A stretch of DNA of 64,000 nucleotides from Bacteroidota bacterium (GCA_046052065.1 JBJOND010000003.1:663-64662); one strand, 5' to 3'. Shown: positions 1 through 7,256, numbered from the stretch's first letter. Translations and numbers: made by a program. Notes: generated by a model not told the origin, from the letters alone.

Positions 1-119
1 GGAACAGGGAAGTTAAGCAAAACGCTCGCGTCAAGGCGTGGGCGTTGCTTTACTTTGTTCCGTGGTTCTTGGTCGAACCTTCAAGGCAAGTAATAGCAAC
101 TAACCCACGCTATTTTTTT
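1..119 (+). ncRNA. Unassigned GC-rich structured element: two long imperfect hairpins followed by a T7 run. It is probably the 3' end of an RNA or 3'UTR that begins left of the window.
   Basis: nt 1-61 fold back on themselves. ggaaca 1-6 pairs with tgttcc 56-61, agttaagcaa..cgc 11-25 pairs with gcgttgctt.act 42-54, and the apex is cgcg-tcaagg-cgtg. cgtgg 61-65 pairs with ccacg 105-109 and is followed by T7 at 113-119. The motif tcaagg occurs in both hairpins. GC is visibly higher than in the AT-rich flank. Confidence 0.3.
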
Positions 120-162
120 GACTGATTCTATCCATTTAGTTAGTTTATTTATTGGTGAAGAC

Positions 163-237
163 CAGAACTCACTTTAAAAAACGGCCATGCTCAAATTGGA
201 AATTTGAGGGCGCATACCGAAAAGCCTAATGAGTAGG
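163..237 (+). promoter_or_regulatory. Conserved 75-nt leader element, copy A, with a perfect palindrome ctcaaatt-gga-aatttgag at 190-208
   Basis: About 92% identical to copies at 983-1057 and 1807-1881 by my own alignment. The palindrome is invariant in all three. The element ends 17 nt before the ATG at 254. Confidence 0.6.
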
Positions 238-253
238 GAAAGGGAATTTAAAA

Positions 254-727
254 ATGGAAAACGTACTTTCTCAAATTAATGTAGATCAATTGTCGATTAA
301 ATTAACAGATGAAAAATTGTATATTAATACAGCTACATCAAACGAAACCTTTGCTTTACGATCAATTAATGGTATTGGTGTGATTGATTTGGTTGATGAG
401 TATAATGCAGCTCTAACGGAGTTTAAGAAAAAAAGAAATGGGCCTTTAGTATTATTGGTTGTGGGAATTATATTTACAATTGAAGGATATTGGCTTAATG
501 TTTTTGGTTTGACTGTGGCAGGGCTTTTAATGACTTTAATAGGTTTTTTTGCATATCAAGGTTTCAATTCGAAAAAGCCTACATTAATGTCTGCCGTACG
601 TGTTATGATGAGCGGAGGAAATCGCGATTTTAAATTCGATAAAGCGAATGTTACAAGTGGATACATTGCAGATTTTGTAGCAAAAGTAGAGTCGACATTG
701 TCAGCATACCATAAAAAGAATGTATAA
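254..727 (+). CDS. Hypothetical membrane protein: conserved soluble N- and C-terminal segments flanking a hydrophobic two-helix hairpin (paralog 1)
   Basis: 157-aa ORF. Compared with 1075-1548, the first 51 codons show 1 non-synonymous and 6 synonymous changes, and the last roughly 50 codons show 6 non-synonymous and 16 synonymous changes. The central part (PLVLLVVGIIFTIEGYWL / VFGLTVAGLLMTLIGFFAY) is hydrophobic and diverged. I do not recognise a family. Confidence 0.75.
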   Translation: MENVLSQINVDQLSIKLTDEKLYINTATSNETFALRSINGIGVIDLVDEYNAALTEFKKKRNGPLVLLVVGIIFTIEGYWLNVFGLTVAGLLMTLIGFFAYQGFNSKKPTLMSAVRVMMSGGNRDFKFDKANVTSGYIADFVAKVESTLSAYHKKNV

Positions 728-930
728 TTGGTTTTTGGGATACTTTTTGGAAGGTATTGCAAGTTAGAACATCGGTTCAAATACAGGAGAATTTAGAAAG
801 TACTAATAGTAGAAACCGACGACAACGTGAATTGAATTCTAATTTAGAAGAAATTCATTATGAATTAGAAAAGAAGCGTGAATCCTGGGACTATCAAAAA
901 AAGGCCTCTCGAAAAAAAAACAATAAGTGA
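727..930 (+). CDS. Small charged coiled-coil protein (paralog 1) with ATT in place of the ATG start. It could be a functional non-canonical start or a decaying copy.
   Basis: This open frame of 67 codons is not in the ORF track. It translates to (I/M)GFWDTFWKVLQVRTSVQIQENLEST..KKRESWDYQKKASRKKNNK, roughly 85% identical to the product of 1551-1754. ATT 727-729 overlaps the upstream TAA stop. Confidence 0.4.
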   Translation: MGFWDTFWKVLQVRTSVQIQENLESTNSRNRRQRELNSNLEEIHYELEKKRESWDYQKKASRKKNNK

Positions 931-982
931 TATTCTGCAAAATAGCTTGCCACTTAAATAAGAAATATTAAACTATGGAGTT

Positions 983-1057
983 CAGAACCCATATTAAAAA
1001 ACGGCCATTCTCAAATTGGAAATTTGAGGGCGCATAACGAAAAGCCTCATGAGTAGG
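983..1057 (+). promoter_or_regulatory. Conserved 75-nt leader element, copy B (palindrome 1010-1028)
   Basis: Same element as 163-237. It ends 17 nt before the ATG at 1075. Confidence 0.6.
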
Positions 1058-1074
1058 AAAATGAAATTTAAAAA

Positions 1075-1548
1075 ATGGAAAACATACTTTCTCAAATCAA
1101 TGTAGATCAATTGTCAATTAAATTAACAGATGAAAAATTGTATATTAATACTGCTACATCAAACGAAACCTTTGCTTTACGATCGATAAATGGAATTGGT
1201 GTGATTGATTTGGTTGATGAGTATAATACATTATTATCTGATTGGAAGAAAAAAAATAAAAAAACATTATCTCCAATTGCAGTGGGCATTCTGTTTTTAT
1301 TTACAGGTTATAGTGATAACAATATCAAGTTAGGTTTATTAGGTTTACTAGCCATTATTGGCGGGGCTATATGGTATAATAAAATGCTTTCAGAAAAGCC
1401 ATCTATGATGTCAGCAGTTCGAATTATGATGAGTGGTGGAAACCGTGATTTTAAATTTGATAAGGCGAATGTTTCAAGTGGATCTATTGCAGATTTTGTT
1501 GCTAAAGTGGAGTCGACATTATCAGCGTACCATAAAAAGAATGGGTAA
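1075..1548 (+). CDS. Hypothetical membrane protein with a hydrophobic hairpin (paralog 2)
   Basis: 157-aa ORF, paralog of 254-727. The hairpin is LSPIAVGILFLFTGY / LGLLGLLAIIGGAIWY. The excess of synonymous differences argues for real coding sequence under purifying selection. Confidence 0.75.
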   Translation: MENILSQINVDQLSIKLTDEKLYINTATSNETFALRSINGIGVIDLVDEYNTLLSDWKKKNKKTLSPIAVGILFLFTGYSDNNIKLGLLGLLAIIGGAIWYNKMLSEKPSMMSAVRIMMSGGNRDFKFDKANVSSGSIADFVAKVESTLSAYHKKNG

Positions 1549-1550
1549 TA

Positions 1551-1754
1551 ATGGGATTTTGGGATACGTTTTGGAAGGTATGGCAAGTTAGAACATCGGT
1601 TCGAATTCAGGAGGATTTGGAAAGCACTATTAGTAGAAATAGACTACAGCGAGAGCTGAATTCAAATTTAGAAGAAATTCATGATGAATTAGAAAAGAAG
1701 CGTGAATCTTGGGACGATCAAATAGAGGCCTCTCGAAGAAAAAACAATAAGTAA
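1551..1754 (+). CDS. Small charged coiled-coil protein (paralog 2)
   Basis: 67-aa ORF whose ATG lies 2 nt after the upstream stop (taataATG). It has a W-rich N-terminus (MGFWDTFWKVW) followed by a highly charged helical-looking sequence. The gene is conserved in the first unit. Confidence 0.6.
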   Translation: MGFWDTFWKVWQVRTSVRIQEDLESTISRNRLQRELNSNLEEIHDELEKKRESWDDQIEASRRKNNK

Positions 1755-1806
1755 TATGCTGGAAATTGTTTTGTTATTTAGTTTGTAAATAGTCAACTAT
1801 GGAGTT

Positions 1807-1881
1807 CAGAACCCATATTAAAAAACGGCCATGCTCAAATTGGAAATTTGAGGGCGGATACTGAAAAGCCTTAAGAGTAGG
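1807..1881 (+). promoter_or_regulatory. Conserved 75-nt leader element, copy C (palindrome 1834-1852), upstream of the lipoprotein/SIR2-like pair
   Basis: About 92% identical to copy B. It ends 18 nt before the ATG at 1900. Confidence 0.6.
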
Positions 1882-1899
1882 TTCAATAAAATATAAATA

Positions 1900-2307
1900 A
1901 TGAAAAAACTGTTTTTAAATTTAATGTCATTTTGTATGACTGCTTCTACATTACTTTTTGTAAGTTGTAACGATGGTGGATTTAGCGGTAAAAGTGAAGA
2001 ACCCTCGATCGTAGGAACCTATGAAAATATTGCTTATTCATCAGGAAGTAAAATTGAAATCAAAGCAGATAGCACTTATATAAAATGGGAATGTAAGCCA
2101 GATATGTCTGGCGTTGATTTACAAACTGCTGATCCTAATGCTGAAATTCCAATGAAGTGCACCGAAGTGAAAAGAGGAAAATGGACTTTGGAAGGTACTG
2201 TATTACATATTGATGATTGGCCATATAAATTTGGTGTAAAACCTGACAGACTTTATTATAATGACACCATGTATGGTAAAGGGACTATTGAGTGGACAAA
2301 AAGATAA
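1900..2307 (+). CDS. Small lipoprotein of unknown function
   Basis: Signal peptide with a lipobox (MKKLFLNLMSFCMTASTLLFVSC). The mature part of about 110 aa looks beta-rich. I do not recognise a family. Confidence 0.65.
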   Translation: MKKLFLNLMSFCMTASTLLFVSCNDGGFSGKSEEPSIVGTYENIAYSSGSKIEIKADSTYIKWECKPDMSGVDLQTADPNAEIPMKCTEVKRGKWTLEGTVLHIDDWPYKFGVKPDRLYYNDTMYGKGTIEWTKR

Positions 2308-2350
2308 TTAGAATTGGAATTGATTGATTTTAGAATTTAGCAAAAACGAT

Positions 2351-3304
2351 ATGGATTTTGAAAATTATTTTAATCAAGAATTATTAAAGGGTAAAATTGA
2401 TAAGAAATTTGTTTTAATTATCGGTTCTGGAATCCATAAACAAGCATTCAGAGAGAAAAAGAATATATTGTCGGATTGGGAGACATTGCTAAAAAGTGTA
2501 AGCAAAAATGTTTCCCTATCCAATAATTACATTTTAGATTTTGAATCAATTGTCGTTGCTGAAACAAGAAAGCAAAAGTCGGATTCTGCTAGTAAAATTG
2601 AACTTGTAAAACTGAAATCCTTATCAAGTAATATAATTAATTTTAAAGTCAATAAATATAAATTAAATTATCCTCTTAGGATTTTTAATTCGAATTGCAT
2701 TAGTGATGTAATAAATCTAAATTTTGATATCGTTGTTGAAAAAATTTTATCTAATTATAAAATTAATAGAGGTCGTTATTCAGATCATAATTTGGACGAA
2801 ACTGGAACAAAAAAATCGCCCATTTTAAATTCGATGTATTATGAAATTAATGGTATTAAATTTTGGCATCCTCATGGGTCAGTTTTAAAACCGGATTCTA
2901 TTCTTTTAGGATTAAGAAAATATTCAAAGAGTGCAAAGGAAGTTGAGCAATTAAGAATACGGTATAAAAGCAAAACAGATGGAGGCGAAAAATTTACTGT
3001 TGACGGTTTTAATTGGTTTGACGCACTTGTTCAAAGACCCATTATTATATGTGGTACATCTTTGAGTGATTCGGAATGGGACATTTGGTTAGCCATCGTA
3101 AATCGTTTTAGAAATTATGCAAAACATCCCCAAAAAGAACAGCCAATTTTTATAATGACTGGTGGAAAAAGTCTAAAAAGGAATTGTTTAAATAACTTTA
3201 TTAAAGCTTTTAGACCTGTATCATCCAATGCATGTTCTTATAACGAAGAATGGTTGTTGTTGGAAAAATTATTGGGAGATTGTCAAAATAAAAACTTGAC
3301 ATGA
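2351..3304 (+). CDS. Stand-alone SIR2_2-like (defence-type sirtuin/NADase-like) protein
   Basis: Motifs appear in the SIR2_2 order: FVLIIGSGIH..SDWETLL (GxG plus W..LL), NLNFDIVVEK (N.D), FWHPHGSV..PDSILLGLRKY (HG), and PIIICGTSLSDSEWDIW (G.S..D). It lacks the CobB-type Zn-Cys motifs. The track starts at TTG 2324, but ATG 2351 is more likely. Confidence 0.6.
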   Translation: MDFENYFNQELLKGKIDKKFVLIIGSGIHKQAFREKKNILSDWETLLKSVSKNVSLSNNYILDFESIVVAETRKQKSDSASKIELVKLKSLSSNIINFKVNKYKLNYPLRIFNSNCISDVINLNFDIVVEKILSNYKINRGRYSDHNLDETGTKKSPILNSMYYEINGIKFWHPHGSVLKPDSILLGLRKYSKSAKEVEQLRIRYKSKTDGGEKFTVDGFNWFDALVQRPIIICGTSLSDSEWDIWLAIVNRFRNYAKHPQKEQPIFIMTGGKSLKRNCLNNFIKAFRPVSSNACSYNEEWLLLEKLLGDCQNKNLT

Positions 3305-3384
3305 GGTAATTGATATACTTTCAATATTAGTTTAAGCGTGCAATGTTTTGCCTTTGTGCATTCCTGCAAATGATATAACGAAAA

Positions 3385-4149
3385 TTATCTTTGTGAATTT
3401 ATAACATACTCCGTCATTACCTTATAAACCTCCAACGATTTCTTATCCTTTTTCAATAATTGAAGGTGCTCTTGAATTATCTTTTGATCATTACGTCGTG
3501 CTGGACCTGTTTGTACGTCTACTGGTGCGTGGCTATGAACTTTTAACGTGGTTTGGTCGATGAGTGGTAAAAGATATTCCCACTTCAAATTTTTCTTTTG
3601 TAAATGATCATGCGCAATCGTGAAGCATGCATTCACAAAATTATTCACGAACACAGCAGCTAAATGTAATTCCTTACGCTGATCACTACTCAGTACATAA
3701 GACTTTTTTGAAAGTCGTTTTGCTAATCGTAAAAGCTTCTTTTCTGTAGCCGGATTATTACCTTCAACAAATACAGGTATTTCATTCCAGTTAACTTTTA
3801 CCTTCGGACTAAATGTTTGCAATGGATATAAAACACCATTGTTTCCTTTGTGCTTATTTAAATCGCTTATAGGCGCTGTTCCGGAAGTATGCAACAAAAT
3901 GCCACTGTAGTTTTTAAAGTTTGGCACAAGCTCTTTAATGCTGCTATCTGAAACGCAAAGTATAACCGCATCTGCATTTAAATTAAGCAGAGAAATGTCT
4001 TCAATAAAATCAAGCTTGTGTTTTTTGGCTAATGACTTTCCCGTTGAATGGTTTCTAGAAAATAATTGTTGTACCTTAATTCCTTTTTCAAGTAAACGAG
4101 GAATAATATGTGAAGCTAAGTTGCCCGATCCAACAATGCTTATTTTCAT
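3385..4149 (-). CDS. Rossmann-like plus DUF2520 domain protein
   Basis: MKISIVGSGNLA dinucleotide-binding start. The C-terminal LHLAAVFVNNF and QTGPARRND motifs are typical of DUF2520. The gene overlaps the ccmF stop by 4 nt. Confidence 0.6.
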   Translation of the reverse strand: MKISIVGSGNLASHIIPRLLEKGIKVQQLFSRNHSTGKSLAKKHKLDFIEDISLLNLNADAVILCVSDSSIKELVPNFKNYSGILLHTSGTAPISDLNKHKGNNGVLYPLQTFSPKVKVNWNEIPVFVEGNNPATEKKLLRLAKRLSKKSYVLSSDQRKELHLAAVFVNNFVNACFTIAHDHLQKKNLKWEYLLPLIDQTTLKVHSHAPVDVQTGPARRNDQKIIQEHLQLLKKDKKSLEVYKVMTEYVINSQR

Positions 4150-6569
4150 GAAGCTCGTTTTAGGTCTGAAATCTGTTTACGGATTGCAATCCAAGTCCCA
4201 ACAAACATTAAAATACATCCAATCCACAAAATATTTATACCTGGGAAAATCAAAGCTTTCATGATGATGAAATCACGACTGTTGCTTTTCTTCTCCGATA
4301 AGCTAACTTCAAATTTGTTCGCTTGAGTATCAATAGAGGTAAAGTCGAATTTTAATCCTAGTTTTTCAATTTCTGTTGGAACAGTTATTTTTTCATTGCC
4401 ACGAATAACAAAAATAGGTTCTGTCAAATAATTATTTTTATTGATATCAGTAACCTTAATTTTTAATCCTAATGCGATATCAGATTCGATAAGTGAATTT
4501 ACTTTTCTATCAACCGCTTTATCAATCTCCAATAAAGTAAATAAACTATTGCTTACAACAATCGTGTCGCCAACTGCCATTAAGTGTTTCTTGGGCTCTT
4601 TGTAACCTTTTTCATCCACCTGATTTTTGTTTTCCATCTCTGCATAGGTTACATGCGTGTAGATATCTTTGTGCAAGAAATGGCGAGTTGCAGGTTCACT
4701 CACATTCCCCATTCGTTCGTTCAGTTGAATAAATGGCTTCAAGGAAAATTCTTTCGTAAAGCCACCAGCGTTATGATTGGCTTTTAAATATTCTACCTCG
4801 TAATATTGATTAATCCCTTCTTTTTCTTTGCCTTTATAAGTCACATAATATTCACCCATCGCTAATGTATCACCTTGATACAACAAAATGTTTTCTTTGT
4901 TTGGAAAGTCTTTTCCTAAGTCGACATTTAATCTGTTTTCGCTGATGATTTCTTTTTTAGCATTGGATACTAAAGCACCTAAAAGAATTAATCCAATTCC
5001 AATATGTGCAACGCTACCGCCCGAAAAACTGAATTTGCCTTTTAAAACGCGAATCAAATAATCAAGATTAGCTACTATAGCCCATAATGAGGTCATGAAT
5101 AAAATCGAGTGTTGAACTCTCGAGAATCCAACGTAAATTTCAAAAACTATAGTAACGATCAATGATATACTAAAGCTAACGGCCAATTTTTTTGCTACGA
5201 CATTCCAGTCAGATTGCTTCCATTTAAAGAACTGACTAACGGCTATCAGTAACGCAATAATCGCAGCTAAAGGTGTTTGCCATGAATTGTAAAAGTCAAT
5301 CACATCAACTGGCGGTGCCATTTTTAATCCGAAGACTTTATTGATAACAGGTATCGATGTTGTGAATGTAATCTGTATTGCAGAAATCAATAAAACTAAC
5401 ATTCCCATAAACATCCAAAACTCACGACTGCTCAGAGCTTCATCTTCTGTTGGATTGCTAATTGCTTTTCGATGTACAATCAATAAAACGATAGTAAGTA
5501 CAATGAAGAACAGCATGTATAACAGTAATTGTCCTGTCATTCCTAAGTTCGTAAATGCATGTACCGAGGTTTCACCAAGAATTCCACTACGAGTTAGAAA
5601 GGTAGAGTAGAGAACAAGAATGAACGATACAGCAAGTAACATGACTGCTGTGAATAAGGATGTTCCATTCTTTTTATAAATCAACATGACATGCGCTCCA
5701 CCCACTAACGTAATCCAAGGTACGAGCGATGCATTTTCAACTGGATCCCACGCCCAGAAACCACCAAAGCTTAGTGCTTCATATGCCCAAGCGCCACCCA
5801 TTAAAATACCGATTCCGAAAATGGCTATTCCGAAAAATGTCCAAGGCAGTGCTGGCTTAACCCACTCACGATACTGACGAGTTACTAATCCGCCCATTGC
5901 AAATGCAAACGGAATTGCAGTCGCGGCAAATCCTAAAAATAAAGTAGGAGGGTGGATTACCATCCAATAGTTTTGTAATAACGGATTTAATCCACGACCA
6001 TCTTTTAGCTTAGCTAAATAATCAGGCAGGTGTATAAATGGCAAGTTGGCAAAGTCAGGATGATTACGCAATAAGATAAAAGGGTTAGATCCAATTTTAA
6101 TATCACCAAATTGTAATCCCAGAAGCATTGATGCAAGAAATACCTGTATCATCATGATGAACATCATCGTTGGTGCTTCCCATTTTTTTCCTTTCCAAAC
6201 TAACAAGATAGATAATACAACATGCCACACTGTCCAGATTAAAAAACTTCCTTCTTGTCCTTCCCATAAACAAGCCCACATGTACTTTTCAGGAAGTGCG
6301 GTGCTTGAATGTTGCCATACATAATAGTATTCGAAATAATGTGATTGAATTAAATAAAACAACAACGATATAATTCCGAAAACGCTGCATGCATGAATGA
6401 AAAAACTAAATCGTGCTAGTTTATTCCATGATGGTGATTCTTCCTGATTGCGATAAATCTGAAAAGCGTATGATAACATTGCAACGATAGCAGCAGTGAA
6501 TGATAAAACGACAAATGCGTTTCCAATTTTGCCGAACATTAAATGCTCGTTTAAGTACTGTATTCCCAT
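4146..6569 (-). CDS. ccmF: Cytochrome c-type biogenesis haem lyase CcmF
   Basis: Polytopic protein with the W-rich motif GGFWAWDPVENASLVPW. It lies downstream of ccmE. Confidence 0.85.
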   Translation of the reverse strand: MGIQYLNEHLMFGKIGNAFVVLSFTAAIVAMLSYAFQIYRNQEESPSWNKLARFSFFIHACSVFGIISLLFYLIQSHYFEYYYVWQHSSTALPEKYMWACLWEGQEGSFLIWTVWHVVLSILLVWKGKKWEAPTMMFIMMIQVFLASMLLGLQFGDIKIGSNPFILLRNHPDFANLPFIHLPDYLAKLKDGRGLNPLLQNYWMVIHPPTLFLGFAATAIPFAFAMGGLVTRQYREWVKPALPWTFFGIAIFGIGILMGGAWAYEALSFGGFWAWDPVENASLVPWITLVGGAHVMLIYKKNGTSLFTAVMLLAVSFILVLYSTFLTRSGILGETSVHAFTNLGMTGQLLLYMLFFIVLTIVLLIVHRKAISNPTEDEALSSREFWMFMGMLVLLISAIQITFTTSIPVINKVFGLKMAPPVDVIDFYNSWQTPLAAIIALLIAVSQFFKWKQSDWNVVAKKLAVSFSISLIVTIVFEIYVGFSRVQHSILFMTSLWAIVANLDYLIRVLKGKFSFSGGSVAHIGIGLILLGALVSNAKKEIISENRLNVDLGKDFPNKENILLYQGDTLAMGEYYVTYKGKEKEGINQYYEVEYLKANHNAGGFTKEFSLKPFIQLNERMGNVSEPATRHFLHKDIYTHVTYAEMENKNQVDEKGYKEPKKHLMAVGDTIVVSNSLFTLLEIDKAVDRKVNSLIESDIALGLKIKVTDINKNNYLTEPIFVIRGNEKITVPTEIEKLGLKFDFTSIDTQANKFEVSLSEKKSNSRDFIIMKALIFPGINILWIGCILMFVGTWIAIRKQISDLKRAS

Positions 6570-6586
6570 CTATGCTAAGAGCTTAT

Positions 6587-7006
6587 TTATTGAGGTCGCT
6601 GTGATTCGTTTGTCATCTCCTGACTTTCGCTTTCTTCTGTTTTATTGTACTTCGAAGGACATTTCATTAAAACTTGCGATGCGATAAAATCATCACCTTT
6701 CATTTTTCCAACTACCACAATTCGTTCTGCTTTTTCAAAATCTTGAGGTTTGGTTCCGTTGTAAAAAACCCTCTTTTCAGTTCCAATAGTATCTGTCATA
6801 AAAAAGCCAAACACGTTCGCATCTTTCTCTGGATTATAAATAAATTCTTTTTGAAGATTTACTTTGCCTATGATATGATATGTGCGATCTGGTTTTTCTG
6901 CAGCTGTATTAAAGCTTACATAGGTCCCTGATTCACTAACAGTACTGATAATAACGCCCAATAAAATGGCAATTAAAACTATTAAGGCGATGTGTATTTT
7001 TTTCAT
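6587..7006 (-). CDS. ccmE: Cytochrome c maturation haem chaperone CcmE, CxxxY variant
   Basis: N-terminal membrane anchor followed by an OB-like body. VLMKCPSKY occupies the position of the canonical VLAKHDENY haem-binding motif. Confidence 0.8.
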   Translation of the reverse strand: MKKIHIALIVLIAILLGVIISTVSESGTYVSFNTAAEKPDRTYHIIGKVNLQKEFIYNPEKDANVFGFFMTDTIGTEKRVFYNGTKPQDFEKAERIVVVGKMKGDDFIASQVLMKCPSKYNKTEESESQEMTNESQRPQ

Positions 7007-7032
7007 TTCGATTTATCGAATCAAATGAGATT

Positions 7033-7254
7033 TTATTTCTGATTAATTTTTTCTTCGAGCTTAGTTACTTTTCTGTCTATCAGAATAACATAAGCAGTAA
7101 GGATGGTTATAACGATAGCGGCTACTATAGCAACAACATAAATTTTTCCATTCGCATAAAGTCCGTCTGCCATCTCAACTTGATTTGCTTCTTGTGCATG
7201 TGCTGAAACTAACACAAACAAAAACAGTATGGAAAGTATAATTGTTTTTTTCAT
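7033..7254 (-). CDS. CcmD-like small membrane protein
   Basis: 73 aa counted from MKKTIILS. It has an N-terminal signal-like segment and a C-terminal TM helix (IYVVAIVAAIVITILTAYVIL), and sits between ccmC and ccmE. The track start at 7335 overlaps ccmC and is unlikely. Confidence 0.5.
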   Translation of the reverse strand: MKKTIILSILFLFVLVSAHAQEANQVEMADGLYANGKIYVVAIVAAIVITILTAYVILIDRKVTKLEEKINQK

Positions 7255-7256
7255 AA

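Larger units (their letters stand above)
163..1881 (+). repeat. Tandem array of a roughly 820-824-bp unit (leader + 157-aa gene + 67-aa gene): two full units plus a third leader only
   Basis: Equivalent landmarks are offset by 820 nt (163/983, 190/1010) and 824 nt (983/1807, 1010/1834). The spacers after the small ORFs are also alignable. Confidence 0.85.

Noticed and set aside
1-119. Left-edge structured element as a tRNA, tmRNA 3' end or known riboswitch
   Set aside because: There is no cloverleaf, T-loop or CCA context. It does not match the TPP, SAM, cobalamin, glycine, c-di-GMP, fluoride, ZTP or Mn riboswitch cores that I can recall. It is kept only as an unassigned structure.
186-206. 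Six-codon upstream ORF (MLKLEI) inside the conserved leader
   Set aside because: The ATG is present in copies A and C but is ATT in copy B, so it is not a conserved uORF.
190-208. Leader palindrome as a Rho-independent terminator
   Set aside because: The hairpin is followed by ggcgc rather than a T run, and it sits directly upstream of start codons in all three copies.
912-1264. Homopolymeric A tracts (A9 at 912-920, A8 at 1249-1256, A7 at 1258-1264) as phase-variation switches
   Set aside because: The tracts are short and encode lysine runs in an AT-rich genome. The paralogous positions are interrupted without frame consequences. There is no evidence of slippage.
556-1586. Minus-strand ORFs 556-780, 1107-1289 and 1308-1586, which overlap the 157-aa genes
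   Set aside because: They are antisense shadows. The substitution pattern between the two units is synonymous in the plus-strand frame, not in these frames. Their translated sequences are also low-complexity.
2324-2350. TTG start at 2324 for the SIR2-like gene
   Set aside because: ATG 2351 is in frame 9 codons downstream, and the extra residues add nothing recognisable. This remains uncertain and is noted in the feature.
3938-4264. 108-aa plus-strand ORF across the DUF2520/ccmF junction
   Set aside because: It lies antisense to two translationally coupled genes and has no motif.
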